Below are positions 9,585 through 19,461 of a DNA stretch of 64,000 nucleotides, in pieces. The stretch is taken from the NCBI GenBank assembly GCA_963741955.1, contig CAVUKB010000005.1, positions 1,402,179-1,466,178 of the forward strand. The letters are read 5' to 3'. Under the pieces are notes generated by a model. It saw only the letters and a program-made list of their open reading frames with translations. It made no database searches and had not been told where the DNA came from. The position numbers were made by a program, and so were the translations under genes. The DNA comes from an uncultured Acidobacteriota bacterium (GTDB lineage Bacteria; Acidobacteriota; Thermoanaerobaculia; Gp7-AA8). Numbering within the stretch: the first letter of the stretch is position 1; each line of letters opens with the position of its first letter.

Positions 9585-10670
9585 ATGAACCTCGATCACC
9601 AGATGATGGCCAGAGCGTTGGATCTCGCGGCCGAGGGACGCCATTCCACCAGTCCCAACCCGATGGTGGGATGCGTGGTGGTGAAGGAAGGGAAGATCAT
9701 CGGGACGGGATGGCACGAACGGGCGGGGAAACCGCACGCCGAAGTCCTCGCAATCGAAGCGGCCGGCGAGGCGTCCCGAGGCGCGACCGCATACGTCAAC
9801 CTCGAGCCGTGCTGCCACACCGGACGGACCGGACCCTGCACCGACGTTCTCATCCGCGCCGGTGTCAGCCGGGTGGTGGTCGCCATCTCGGATCCCAATC
9901 CGAAAGTGGACGGGATGGGAATCCAGGCGCTTCGAACGGAAGGGATTCACGTCGACGTCGGCGTGCTGGCCGACGAAGCCGAGTCGTTGAACGAGAAGTT
10001 TCTCTTCGCCGCGAGGACGGGACTTCCATTCGTTCTTCTCAAGGCGGGGATGACCACAGATGGGAAGCTTGCGACGGAAGGAGGGAGGAAACAGTGGATC
10101 ACCTCACCCCCCTCGCTCGAACGAAGCCTCCTTCTCCGCGAAGAATACGACGCGATTCTCGTCGGGAGCGGAACGGTGATTGCCGATGATCCGCGGCTGA
10201 CGCGGCGTCTGGGCCTGAACCATGCGGTGACGCCGTGGCGGCGCGTGGTGGTGGACTCGTCCGGCGAGATTCCCGCAGACTCTCACGTTTTCGACCGCGA
10301 TGCCGAGACGATCGTCTACGTACCGAATGCGAGCTGGTACGCTGGAACCGCGAAGAACGTCGCCATCGTCGAAGTGGCCGGCCAGAACGGGCGGCTCGAT
10401 CTCCGGGAGGTACTCGCGGATCTCCATCGGCGCGGCGTCGGCTCCGTGATCGCGGAAGGAGGAGCGAAGCTCCACACCAGCCTGATCGAGCAGGAGCTGT
10501 GGAGGAAAGTGACCCTCTTCGTCGCGCCGATGTTTCTCGGTGGAGCGCATTCACCGTCGATCTTCGATCGGGAGGTCGCCGATCTCGACCAGGCGTACCG
10601 ATTCCGATTCGACTCGGTGGAGCGGATCGGCGACGATCTCCAGGTGACCGGCTACAACGATCGCGCGTGA
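9585..10670 (+). CDS. ribD: Riboflavin biosynthesis deaminase/reductase
   Basis: PNPMVGCV, HAE, LEPCCH..PC, GSGTVIADDPRLT, EGG. Confidence 0.95.
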   Translation: MNLDHQMMARALDLAAEGRHSTSPNPMVGCVVVKEGKIIGTGWHERAGKPHAEVLAIEAAGEASRGATAYVNLEPCCHTGRTGPCTDVLIRAGVSRVVVAISDPNPKVDGMGIQALRTEGIHVDVGVLADEAESLNEKFLFAARTGLPFVLLKAGMTTDGKLATEGGRKQWITSPPSLERSLLLREEYDAILVGSGTVIADDPRLTRRLGLNHAVTPWRRVVVDSSGEIPADSHVFDRDAETIVYVPNASWYAGTAKNVAIVEVAGQNGRLDLREVLADLHRRGVGSVIAEGGAKLHTSLIEQELWRKVTLFVAPMFLGGAHSPSIFDREVADLDQAYRFRFDSVERIGDDLQVTGYNDRA

Positions 10671-10715
10671 GCGGCTCTCCACCCGCACGTGATCACCAGA
10701 GGAAAGGGTGAACCG

Positions 10716-11327
10716 ATGTTTACTGGACTGATTCACGAAACCGGCACCGTGGTGGCGTTCGAGAAAAGTGCCGCCGGTGCCCGACTCGAATTGCAGTGGT
10801 CCCCCCGCGACGAACCGGTGGTGCACGGCGAGAGCGTCGCGGTGAACGGCGTCTGTCTGACGTTCCTCCCGGAACCGGACGGTCGCGTCTCGGCCGACCT
10901 CTCGCCGGAGACGCTCGCACTGACAGCACTGGAAGATCTCGTCCCGGGCGAGGCCGTGAATCTCGAGCGTGCTCTTCGCCTCGCGGACCGGCTGGGAGGC
11001 CACATCGTCCAGGGACACGTCGACGCGGTCGGGGAGCTGATCAGCACGGAAACCCAGGGTGAGTTCGCCGTCTACCGCTGGACGTATCCCGCGCAGTTCG
11101 CACCGCTGGTCGTCTCGAAAGGATCGATCGCGGTGGACGGAATCTCTCTCACCATCGTGGATCCCGACGAACGAAGCTTCGCGGTGGCACTGATCCCCGA
11201 GACGCTGGAGAAAACGAACCTCGGGCGATCGAGACCCGGCCGGCGGTTCAACCTCGAGTTCGACGTCACCGCCAAGCTCGTACAGCGGATGCTCGAGCCT
11301 TATCTGGAACGGATCGCCTCGCGGTGA
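10716..11327 (+). CDS. ribE: Riboflavin synthase (alpha chain)
   Basis: Diagnostic N-terminal MFTG; SVAVNGVCLT, VNLERAL, GGHIVQGHVD. Confidence 0.95.
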   Translation: MFTGLIHETGTVVAFEKSAAGARLELQWSPRDEPVVHGESVAVNGVCLTFLPEPDGRVSADLSPETLALTALEDLVPGEAVNLERALRLADRLGGHIVQGHVDAVGELISTETQGEFAVYRWTYPAQFAPLVVSKGSIAVDGISLTIVDPDERSFAVALIPETLEKTNLGRSRPGRRFNLEFDVTAKLVQRMLEPYLERIASR

Positions 11328-12373
11328 TCACCTACGTCCGGCAGGCTGCGATCCAGGTGCGGCAGTTCGAGGCTCCGCAGGCTCCGTTCTGGACCGGCGC
11401 AGCCGTGAGCCCGTATTCGAAGAAGCGCTCGACGCCTCTCTCGCTCGATCTCATCGCCCTCACCGCGCTCTCCGTCGATCGCGCGGAAGTCGCCGTCGCC
11501 ACTCCGGCAGGAGAGCTCCTCGCGCGGGATAACCGCCTGAGCGGAGCTCTTCCGGTTCTCGTCGACGCCACCGGAAGAGCGGAGCTCACCTTCCGCCGGG
11601 GCCGAGAGGCACTCGAAGCCCTCCTCGACAACGGCGTCGCCGCCGTCCATCTCACCTCGGCCGATGGGGTCATACCTGTAGTTGCACATGCTTCTTCAGA
11701 CATGACCCTATGCATAAGCACATGGCCGCTGCTGGAAGATGATCTGCAGGTGTTGTTTCAGGAGGCCGGGGAACGTTCGCTGCGCTGGGGAATCCTCGTC
11801 CCGGTGATCTATCCGTTGACCACCGATCTTCCCCTGATCGAGCGGCTGGTCGAGGCGGCGGCGCGGCGCGGCGCTTCATTCGTCGCCGCGGCGGCGATCG
11901 AGATGGATCCGGCGGCCCGCCACGCGGTCGCACTCCTCGGGGACGGAGAGATGGACGAGGACGTCCTGCGGACACTGTACGAATCCGACCTCGACACCCT
12001 CGAGGTCGCGACGGAGCGGCACGTCGCGGCACGTGCGGCGGAGCTCGGCCTCGCGGACCACGTCGTCCCTCCGCGCGCGGCGGAGCCTTCGAACTGGAAC
12101 GGGGCGTCGCTTCTCGCCCGGACCGCGTACCGGATGATCCGGATGGACCGCGACGTGGAGCTCGGGTGGGAGATCGCGAGGGCCGCCCGGACCATTGCCC
12201 GGCTCGGAAAACCGCTCACGGTGATCGCCGGAAGTGCGAGCCTCTCCATCGTGGACGACATCGAGGAGCCGGCGGCCGAGATCCTCGAGGAGTGGCTCGA
12301 CCGCGGTACGGCGGGATTCGTCGAGCGCGTCGATCGCGAGTGGCGTCTTCGACGCGACTACCTCGCAGAGTGA
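11324..12373 (+). CDS. Hypothetical protein: degenerate SplB-like radical-SAM barrel plus C-terminal PolX-type HhH-like domain
   Basis: GTGA overlap with ribE. GILVPVIYPLTTD..IERLVEAAARRGASFV resembles the SplB/Rv2578c-family barrel. ARAARTIARLGKPL...AAEILEEWLDRG resembles the PolX N-terminal domain. No CxxxCxxC. Confidence 0.6.
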   Translation: MITYVRQAAIQVRQFEAPQAPFWTGAAVSPYSKKRSTPLSLDLIALTALSVDRAEVAVATPAGELLARDNRLSGALPVLVDATGRAELTFRRGREALEALLDNGVAAVHLTSADGVIPVVAHASSDMTLCISTWPLLEDDLQVLFQEAGERSLRWGILVPVIYPLTTDLPLIERLVEAAARRGASFVAAAAIEMDPAARHAVALLGDGEMDEDVLRTLYESDLDTLEVATERHVAARAAELGLADHVVPPRAAEPSNWNGASLLARTAYRMIRMDRDVELGWEIARAARTIARLGKPLTVIAGSASLSIVDDIEEPAAEILEEWLDRGTAGFVERVDREWRLRRDYLAE

Positions 12374-12503
12374 CGCCGGCGAAGCTCCGACCCGGCTTTT
12401 TCCCACCGTCGCGCATTTACGGCAAAGACTCCAGGTGCGGGCGCCAGCCCGGCTCTCGACCCGCTCCGAATTTCTGATTCTGCGAAGATGTTCCTCCGAG
12501 AGC

Positions 12504-13151
12504 ATGCGAAAACGCACTCTGATCACCGTCGCGGGAGTTCTGGTCGCGTCGGCGCTCCTCATGTACGGAGGGCTGCGCCTGGCGAAACGAATGGCGTCCG
12601 CTCCCGCCCGGATCGCGCGGCAGGCGGTCGAGAAGCGGGAAAATGTCGTCGATCTCGCTTCGGTGGTCCAGCAGATCCGAGGTTTGGATCGGCTCGAGAC
12701 GATTTCCCTTCGGGTGATCCACGTCTCTCACGCCGAACAGTCGTATGGCCTGATTCCCAATGCTCTCACCGGAGACGAGATCACGTTCTTCGCAGTCGGC
12801 GACGTGATTGGTGGCGTCGATCTGTCACGTCTGACTCCTGGCGATTTGAGGCTCGACTCCGACGGTGCGGTGAGGGTCACACTCCCCCCTGCCGAGATTC
12901 TGGTCACCCGGCTCGACAACCGCCAGTCGCGGGTCCTCGACCGGAAAACCGGAGTCATGCGGAAAGCGGACTCCGGATTGGAGGGACGGATCCGGGAAGC
13001 GGCGGAGCGGTCGATCCGCGAGGACGCCATCGCGAAGGGGATTCTCCCGGGCGCCGAGAAGAATGCGCAGAAGGCGATCGCAGATCTCCTGCACAGCGTG
13101 GGATTCTCGAAGGTACGGTTCACCGAGTCGTCCCCTCGCCGCGATCTCTGA
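12504..13151 (+). CDS. DUF4230-like membrane-anchored protein
   Basis: N-terminal TM helix; LETI, GDVIGGVDLS, VTLPPAEIL, GILPGAEKNA..IADLL..VGF pattern. Confidence 0.75.
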   Translation: MRKRTLITVAGVLVASALLMYGGLRLAKRMASAPARIARQAVEKRENVVDLASVVQQIRGLDRLETISLRVIHVSHAEQSYGLIPNALTGDEITFFAVGDVIGGVDLSRLTPGDLRLDSDGAVRVTLPPAEILVTRLDNRQSRVLDRKTGVMRKADSGLEGRIREAAERSIREDAIAKGILPGAEKNAQKAIADLLHSVGFSKVRFTESSPRRDL

Positions 13152-13160
13152 GCGGACCGC

Positions 13161-14549
13161 TCAGCTCTCGTCGATGGTGGTGAGCTCGCGCGTGCCGATC
13201 TTCATGCTCTCGCCGATCGCAGCGTCCACCGGAGCGAGATCGGGGAGGTCCCTCGTGCTGGAGACGTGACCCTGAAGCTCCTTCGCTTTCGGCAGGAGAC
13301 GGCTGTCGATCGAACGGATCGCTTCGTTGTACTTCTGCACCGCGCTCTCGAGACTCCGGCCCACCGATTCGATGTCCCGGAATACCTTCACGAACCGTTC
13401 GTAGAGATCGTTCCCGATCTCCAGCGCCTTCTTCGCGCTCTCTTCGGTCTGCTCGGCCTTCCACGCCGCCGATACCACCCGCAACAGCGGAACCAGAACG
13501 GTGGGCGTCGCGATGAAGACTTTCTTTTCTGCGCCGTACTCGAACAGAGACGGATCGACGATCAGAGCCGAGTAGAGGAACTGCTCGCCTCCGAGAAACA
13601 GAACCGTGAAGTCGAGCGACTCGCCGATGTTCTCGTGATACAGCCGATTGCTCAGCTGGTCGATGTGACGCCTCAGGTTCTTCGCGTGCTGCTCGAGCTG
13701 CTCCTTCTGACGCCCCTCGTCGGCTTCGGCCATGGCGCCGAGGTATGCCGTCATCGGAGCTTTCGAATCGACGGCGATGCGCCGGTCGCCGGGGAGTCTC
13801 ACGATCAGATCCGGGCGGATCCGTCCGCTCTCCTTCGTGTCGAACGTCGACTGCTTGTCGAAATCGCAGTACTCGGACATCCCCGCGAGCTCCACGCATC
13901 GCTGAAGCGCCTGCTCGCCCCACGTCCCGCTCACCTTCGGGTTCCCGAGTGCGTTCGCGACTTTCGAGGTCTCCTTCCGGGTCGCTTCGGTCGCTTCGAA
14001 GAGCTGCTTGATCTGCTGGGCGAGCGTCGCGTATCCCTGGGTGCGTTGTACCTCGCTCTCCTTCAGCTCCGTCTGATAACTCTTGAGCATTTCGCGCACC
14101 GGGAGAAGGAGCGCGTCGATCTCCCCCTTCTTCGCGTCGAGCGTGCTGACGATCTCGCCCTTGTTGCGCTCCAGATGCGGGTTGACCAGCTTCTCGATCT
14201 GCGCGACCGCCCCTTCCAGAGCTTCGCGCGAGAGCTTCGCGTACACCCCTTCGAGCTGCTGCTGCGCCTGGGTGACGAAGCCACGCAACTCCTCGATCCG
14301 CCGCGCCGCTTCCGTCTCCCGGGTCTCGGCCACCGTCCGTGACTGCTGTTCGCTGTCGAGCTTCTCGCGCAACGTACGAAGCTCCTCATCCGCGCGGGCG
14401 CGCTCCTGAACGGCCAGGTCCCGCTGCGCGGCCGAACGTTGCTGCTCGGCTCCGACGGACTGGAGACGTTTCGACGCCCGGAGCGAAGCGATGAGCCAGC
14501 CGATGATCAGGCCGGCGACGAGAGCGGAGAGAGTGGCGAGGATGAGCAT
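13161..14549 (-). CDS. rmuC: DNA recombination protein RmuC
   Basis: N-terminal TM helix and coiled coil; GTWGE..L, RPDLIVRLPG, VDSKAP, ATPT. Confidence 0.9.
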   Translation of the reverse strand: MLILATLSALVAGLIIGWLIASLRASKRLQSVGAEQQRSAAQRDLAVQERARADEELRTLREKLDSEQQSRTVAETRETEAARRIEELRGFVTQAQQQLEGVYAKLSREALEGAVAQIEKLVNPHLERNKGEIVSTLDAKKGEIDALLLPVREMLKSYQTELKESEVQRTQGYATLAQQIKQLFEATEATRKETSKVANALGNPKVSGTWGEQALQRCVELAGMSEYCDFDKQSTFDTKESGRIRPDLIVRLPGDRRIAVDSKAPMTAYLGAMAEADEGRQKEQLEQHAKNLRRHIDQLSNRLYHENIGESLDFTVLFLGGEQFLYSALIVDPSLFEYGAEKKVFIATPTVLVPLLRVVSAAWKAEQTEESAKKALEIGNDLYERFVKVFRDIESVGRSLESAVQKYNEAIRSIDSRLLPKAKELQGHVSSTRDLPDLAPVDAAIGESMKIGTRELTTIDES

Positions 14550-14612
14550 GGACCTTCCCGGATCAGTGATCGATTCCGATCATGCGGGAATCGGAAGGAG
14601 AGGTCAACTCGG

Positions 14613-14735
14613 GACTGCGAGGCTCGAGGCTCGCAGAAGCCGAGACTCGAGACTGGAGGCTCGAGGCTCGCAGAAGCCGAGGCTGGGATCTCGAGGCTGA
14701 AGGCTCGCAGAAGCCGAGGCTGGAGTCTCGAGGGG
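14613..14735. repeat. Tandem repeat with 37-bp period built on GAGGCTC-like heptamers
   Basis: AGGCTCGCAGAAGCCGAG occurs at 14627, 14664 and 14701. Inverse GAGCC(T/C)C heptamers lie at ~14918-14947. Confidence 0.8.
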
Positions 14736-14946
14736 AACCGCAGGAGAGAGAGCCGCGATCACTTCGTAAATGTTCGCGCAACTGACGATTTTTGAGAATT
14801 AAATTCTGTAGCTACTGATCTACACGAATAATATACGTCAAAGTTGGAAAATTTGCGAATTATACTGGGACCGGAGGCGTGCCGGGTCGTCATCTCCGAG
14901 CCACGGTCTCTGCTTCCCGAGCCCCCGAGCCTCTAACCTCGAGCCT

Positions 14947-16158
14947 CTAACTTCCCCCCCGCAGATCCTGCAACACCGCGACCACCCGCTCGATCTCGCT
15001 CACCTCGTTGTAGAAGTGCGGAGAGAATCGGAGCATCCCTTCGCGCGGTGCGCAGACGATCTTCTCGCGCTCGAGGAGAGTGTGGAACGCGAGGAGGACC
15101 GCTCCGCTCCCGCTCAGCTCCGGAGTACCTCCGCCGAGGAGCCGACGCAGACGGGAGCGATCGGTGTCGGGAGGGGAGATCGCGACGATTCCCGACCGCA
15201 CCGGCCGCGGAGTGCAGACTTCGAATCCGGAATCCTCGAGGCGGTCAGCGAGCTCGCTCGCGACCGAGAGAAGCTCCATCTCGACGCGTTCGATTCCGAT
15301 CTCGTGAATCAGCGAGAGCGACGCTTCCAGCGCCATGACTCCGGTCGTGTTCAGGGCCCCGGCCTCGAAGCGCCGCCCGTCCGGCAGCAGATCCGTGGGG
15401 CAGCCGATGAACTTCCCTTTCCGCGCGAGGTTCATCCACCCCGACTCGAGTACCTCGAGTCGAGCCCGGGCCTGTTCCGCGCAATAGAAGACCGCGGCTC
15501 CCTCGGGTGCGAGCATCCACTTGTGACCGTCGGCCGCTAGAAACGAGATCCGGCACTCCCGGACGTCGATCTTCACCGCTCCGAGCGCCTGGATCGCGTC
15601 GACGCAGAGGAGGACTCCTCTCTTTTCGCAGATCTCCCCGATCGCCTTCAGATCGGGACGGAAGCCGTTGTGGAACGCGACCGCGCTCAACGCGACGATC
15701 CGGGTCCGCTCGTCGATCGCCTGCGCCACGTCGTCCGGCGAGAAAGTCCCGTTGACGGTCCGGATCTCACGGCACTCCACCCCTCGGGTCTCCAGCCGCT
15801 TCCACGGCGCGGCGTTCGAAGGGAACTCCATGTCGGTGGTGACGACGTTCTCGCCGTCGTTCCAGCGGTATCCGTTCGCCACGAACGAGAGTCCTTCGGA
15901 CGTGTTCTTGAGGATCGAGATCTCGCCCGAGTCGCAGCCGAGCAGAGATGCGACGCTACGGCGGAGCCGTACGTAGGCTTCGTCCCAGTCGCGCCAGTGC
16001 AGCGCGCCCCATTCACGGCAATCGCGCGCCTGCCGCTCGATCGCGTCGAACGTGCGCTGTGGCAGCGGTCCGACCGCGGCGTGATTGAAGTAGACGAGGT
16101 TGGAGGTGACGGGAAACTCGCGCGTTCTGAGGGCGTTCTTCTCTGCGGGTGACAGCAT
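14947..16158 (-). CDS. Class V PLP-dependent aminotransferase (cysteine desulfurase/lyase-like)
   Basis: YFNHAAVGP, NTSEGL, EFPSN, VDAIQ, GHKWMLAPEG, RFSPHFYN. Confidence 0.9.
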   Translation of the reverse strand: MLSPAEKNALRTREFPVTSNLVYFNHAAVGPLPQRTFDAIERQARDCREWGALHWRDWDEAYVRLRRSVASLLGCDSGEISILKNTSEGLSFVANGYRWNDGENVVTTDMEFPSNAAPWKRLETRGVECREIRTVNGTFSPDDVAQAIDERTRIVALSAVAFHNGFRPDLKAIGEICEKRGVLLCVDAIQALGAVKIDVRECRISFLAADGHKWMLAPEGAAVFYCAEQARARLEVLESGWMNLARKGKFIGCPTDLLPDGRRFEAGALNTTGVMALEASLSLIHEIGIERVEMELLSVASELADRLEDSGFEVCTPRPVRSGIVAISPPDTDRSRLRRLLGGGTPELSGSGAVLLAFHTLLEREKIVCAPREGMLRFSPHFYNEVSEIERVVAVLQDLRGGS

Positions 16159-16201
16159 CGGGTCCTCCGAGAGTCTCGTGTCGAACGCGTGCGCGTTCGG
16201 A

Positions 16202-17374
16202 TCAGTAGCGTCGCAATTGCGCGAGATAGCCTTCGAAGTTGCGGTTCATCTCGGTGAGGGAATCGCCTCCGAACTTTTCTCGCATCGCATCGGCGAGGGT
16301 GAGAGCGAGCATCGCTTCACACACCACGCCACAGGCCGGAACGGCGGTGACGTCGCTCCGTTCCCACTGCGAGCGATGGACATGGTGGGTTTCGACGTCC
16401 ACCGACGGAAGTCCGCGGCGGGTGGTCGAGATCGGCTTCATCCAGGCACGAACCACGACGTCGCCGCCGTTCGTCACCCCTCCCTCCAGGCCTCCGGCGC
16501 GATTCGTCGCACGGTGATACCGCTGCTCTTCGTCGAACTCGATCGCGTCGTGAACCTCGGTGCCGGGAACCCTCGCCGCGGCGACTCCGTCGCCGATCGC
16601 GACCGCCTTCACCGCGTGCACCGAGAGGATGGCCTGTCCGATTCTTCCGTCGAGCTTCTCACTCCATTGAACGTAGCTTCCGAGTCCGACCGGCACTCCA
16701 TGTGCGGCGAGGTAGATCACCCCGCCGAGCGTGTCGCCGTTATGACGCGCCTGATCGACCTCCTTCACCATTTCTTCTTCCGTGGAGGCCGGGAGCGCTC
16801 GAAGCGGCGACTCGTCGTTCATGGAGAGAAGATCCTGCCAGGCCGGCGAGTATTCGGGATCTCCTGCGCTTCCCATCGCGATGACCGCAGAGCGGATCTC
16901 GATGTCGAAATAGCGGAGAAGCTGTTTCGCGAGCGCCCCTGCCGCGACGCGCGCGGCGGTCTCTCTCGCCGATGCACGTTCGAGAATGTCCCGCAGATCC
17001 TTCCGATCGTACTTCAGACCGCCGGGAAGATCGGCGTGCCCCGGACGCGGCGCGTGAAGGCGTCGCTTCGAGGTTTCGTGCTCGTCCTTCTTCCACGGGT
17101 CCATCACTCCGGACCAGTTCTCGAAGTCGTGATTTCGGATGGTGATCGAGATTGGTGAACCGAGCGTCTGACCGGCACGAACCCCGGCGGTGACCTCCGC
17201 GGCGTCGGATTCGATCTTCATCCTCCCGCCCCGGCCGTGGCCGTGCTGCCTCCGCCGCAGCTCGCGGTCGATCGCGTCGCGGTCGAGAGTCAGTCCCGCC
17301 GGCATGCCGCTGACCGTCACGGTCAGCCCCGGTCCGTGCGATTCACCCGCGGTGATGAACTCGAACCCGCTCAT
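16202..17374 (-). CDS. aroC: Chorismate synthase
   Basis: TAGESHG, PRPGHAD, RASARETA, NRAGGLEGG, MKPIST, RSD. Confidence 0.95.
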   Translation of the reverse strand: MSGFEFITAGESHGPGLTVTVSGMPAGLTLDRDAIDRELRRRQHGHGRGGRMKIESDAAEVTAGVRAGQTLGSPISITIRNHDFENWSGVMDPWKKDEHETSKRRLHAPRPGHADLPGGLKYDRKDLRDILERASARETAARVAAGALAKQLLRYFDIEIRSAVIAMGSAGDPEYSPAWQDLLSMNDESPLRALPASTEEEMVKEVDQARHNGDTLGGVIYLAAHGVPVGLGSYVQWSEKLDGRIGQAILSVHAVKAVAIGDGVAAARVPGTEVHDAIEFDEEQRYHRATNRAGGLEGGVTNGGDVVVRAWMKPISTTRRGLPSVDVETHHVHRSQWERSDVTAVPACGVVCEAMLALTLADAMREKFGGDSLTEMNRNFEGYLAQLRRY

Positions 17375-18180
17375 GCATGTTCCACCGCGGCCACCTTCGG
17401 CATCCGTTTCGCGCGCGCGAGCATCGCCCCTCCGACGATGACCAGAACCACACTGATCAGCTGCGCCAGAGTGAACGGCCCGAAGAAGCGATCGTCCTTC
17501 GCCCGCACGATCTCGACCAGAAATCGCTCCGTTCCGATGAGCACGAGATACGTCGCGAAGACCATTCCCTTTCCGTGCGCCCGGCGCGAGAGCCACATCA
17601 GGATGCCGAACATCACGAGCCCCGCCGCGACTTCGTAAAGCTGCGTCGGATGCACCCGAAGGAGCGTGTCGCCCGGAAGAGTGGGATCCACCTTCACTCC
17701 GAACGAGCGGAGACCGTCTGCCGTGGTGGGAGGAAGTCCCTTCGGGAATGCGATGCCCACCCAGCTGTCGGTCGGACGCCCGTAGTCGTCACCGACCAGG
17801 AAACATCCGATCCGGCCGATCGCGTAGCCGATGGCGAGAGCGGGCGCGGTCGCGTCGGCTGCGGTGAGGTAGCTCACCTTCTTTCGCAGAACCACCCACG
17901 AAGCGGCGAGGAATCCGCCGGCCAGACCTCCGTACCAGACGAGACCGGCACGGGTGAAGAGGAGGCTCATGTCGTGGTAGAGGATCGCGTAATAGATCTT
18001 CGCGCCGAGGATCCCTCCGATCACGGCGGCGATGAGGACGGAAGAGGCGAGCTCGTCGTCCAGCCCATAACGGCGATACTGCTTCGCCATGAGAATCCCC
18101 GCGATCAGAAACGCGAGGAACATCATCAGCCCGAAGGTCGAGAGCTCGAAATTACCGATGCGAAATAGAGTTGGCCACAT
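17371..18180 (-). CDS. lgt: Prolipoprotein diacylglyceryl transferase
   Basis: Multiple TM helices; WYGG, IGRIGCFLVGDDYG, HPTQLYE, RFLVE. Confidence 0.9.
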   Translation of the reverse strand: MWPTLFRIGNFELSTFGLMMFLAFLIAGILMAKQYRRYGLDDELASSVLIAAVIGGILGAKIYYAILYHDMSLLFTRAGLVWYGGLAGGFLAASWVVLRKKVSYLTAADATAPALAIGYAIGRIGCFLVGDDYGRPTDSWVGIAFPKGLPPTTADGLRSFGVKVDPTLPGDTLLRVHPTQLYEVAAGLVMFGILMWLSRRAHGKGMVFATYLVLIGTERFLVEIVRAKDDRFFGPFTLAQLISVVLVIVGGAMLARAKRMPKVAAVEHA

Positions 18181-18224
18181 AGTCGAAAGCAACAACCATC
18201 CCGGAGGGTCGATTCACTCCCGCA

Positions 18225-19352
18225 TCAGTCGAACGCCTGCTCCAGTTCCGCTTTCTGCTCGGAGATGAACCGGAAAATTTCCACTTTCGCGGCTGCGTCG
18301 AGGTGCTGCGAGACTTCGAAAAGCTGGATCGACAGGAGTGTGTTCAGCCCCTCGTCGAGCACCGTCTTGCGTTGCTCGAACGGAAGCTCGGAGATGTTCG
18401 CGATGAGCATGTTCTCATCGAACCGGCCGAACTGATCGAAGAAGACCCCGACCCACAGCTCGTTCGAATCGGAGTTTTCGAGCGCGTTGGTGAAGATGTC
18501 CCGCGCCTGTTCTTCTCCCACCGCGTTCACGAGCGAGCGGAACAGCCGCTCGAACATGTCGTTGTACGTCGAGACCACCTTCAGCAGCTCCGGAGAGTCT
18601 TCGACGTCGAGAAAGACGGGACGGGACGATCTCGCCTGCGGAACCGGTTCGATCAGGCGCGCCGAGAGGAGCTGGAAAAGGATGCGGGTCGACTCGAACT
18701 CCGTCAGATCCGAGACGCGGATCAGACTCCGGATGTCCTTCGTCCCGTCGATCTGTTCGAACAGCCGGATTTCGTGAGCGCTCATCTCCAGATTCGCGAG
18801 CTCTTCCGCGGTGGCCGGAAGCCTGGAGAAGACGATGTCGAGGCTGGGGATCTTCTCCCGGATCCGCGCGGATTCGTCCATCCGCCGGATCCCCTCCATG
18901 ATGATGCTCGAGGTCGAGGTGGAGAGCGTGATCCGCTCCTGCAGTTCTTCCTTTCCCTCGTACAGGACGAAGCTCCCCTGCTTCCACGCAAAGAGCGAAT
19001 AGATGATCTCCAGAACCTGATTCTTCACGCCCCACCAGAGGTCCTTGGGAGAGATCGCTCCCATCTGGACCAGCAGCTTTCCGTGGCGCGTATCCGCGGT
19101 CAGTCTCTGGTGCGATTCCTCGTACTGCTGACGGGTGATCTTTCCGTTGCGGAGTAGAAACTGTCCCAGCGAATGCTCGGGCGAATTGGACGTCGCGAAA
19201 ACGATGTCGCCCGCGTTCCAGTAGATGCAGCGCTCGAGGGTGAGCTGCCGTACCAGCATCGTCCCGTTGTGGCGGATCATGGAGACGAACGAGAGAACGT
19301 CGGGGAGCTGGATGCTTCCCACGTCGCCTTCCAGGATGACCTTCCCTCTCAC
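18225..19352 (-). CDS. DUF4388 (PatA-N-like) domain protein
   Basis: LEGDVGSIQLPDVL, GDIVFATSN..SLGQFL, LFAWKQGSF, IIMEGIRRMDE. GTG start at 19352 follows GGAGGGG. Confidence 0.8.
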   Translation of the reverse strand: MRGKVILEGDVGSIQLPDVLSFVSMIRHNGTMLVRQLTLERCIYWNAGDIVFATSNSPEHSLGQFLLRNGKITRQQYEESHQRLTADTRHGKLLVQMGAISPKDLWWGVKNQVLEIIYSLFAWKQGSFVLYEGKEELQERITLSTSTSSIIMEGIRRMDESARIREKIPSLDIVFSRLPATAEELANLEMSAHEIRLFEQIDGTKDIRSLIRVSDLTEFESTRILFQLLSARLIEPVPQARSSRPVFLDVEDSPELLKVVSTYNDMFERLFRSLVNAVGEEQARDIFTNALENSDSNELWVGVFFDQFGRFDENMLIANISELPFEQRKTVLDEGLNTLLSIQLFEVSQHLDAAAKVEIFRFISEQKAELEQAFD

Positions 19353-19461
19353 CACCCCTCCATCCACGACGTGACCGGACCCTGGATGCCTCTTCCCCGC
19401 CGCGGGCGTGCAATCGTGCCGGGGACGATCGGGAGCTCGATGCACGACGTCGAGATCATCA

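Noticed and set aside
14613-14735. Mini-CRISPR (37-bp period)
   Set aside because: The period is too short and the sequences between the conserved cores are themselves heptamer variants.
14760-14870. dif site in the AT-rich stretch upstream of rmuC
   Set aside because: ATACGTCAAAG only loosely resembles a XerD arm and there is no properly spaced XerC arm. A minus-strand TATAAT suggests an ordinary promoter region.
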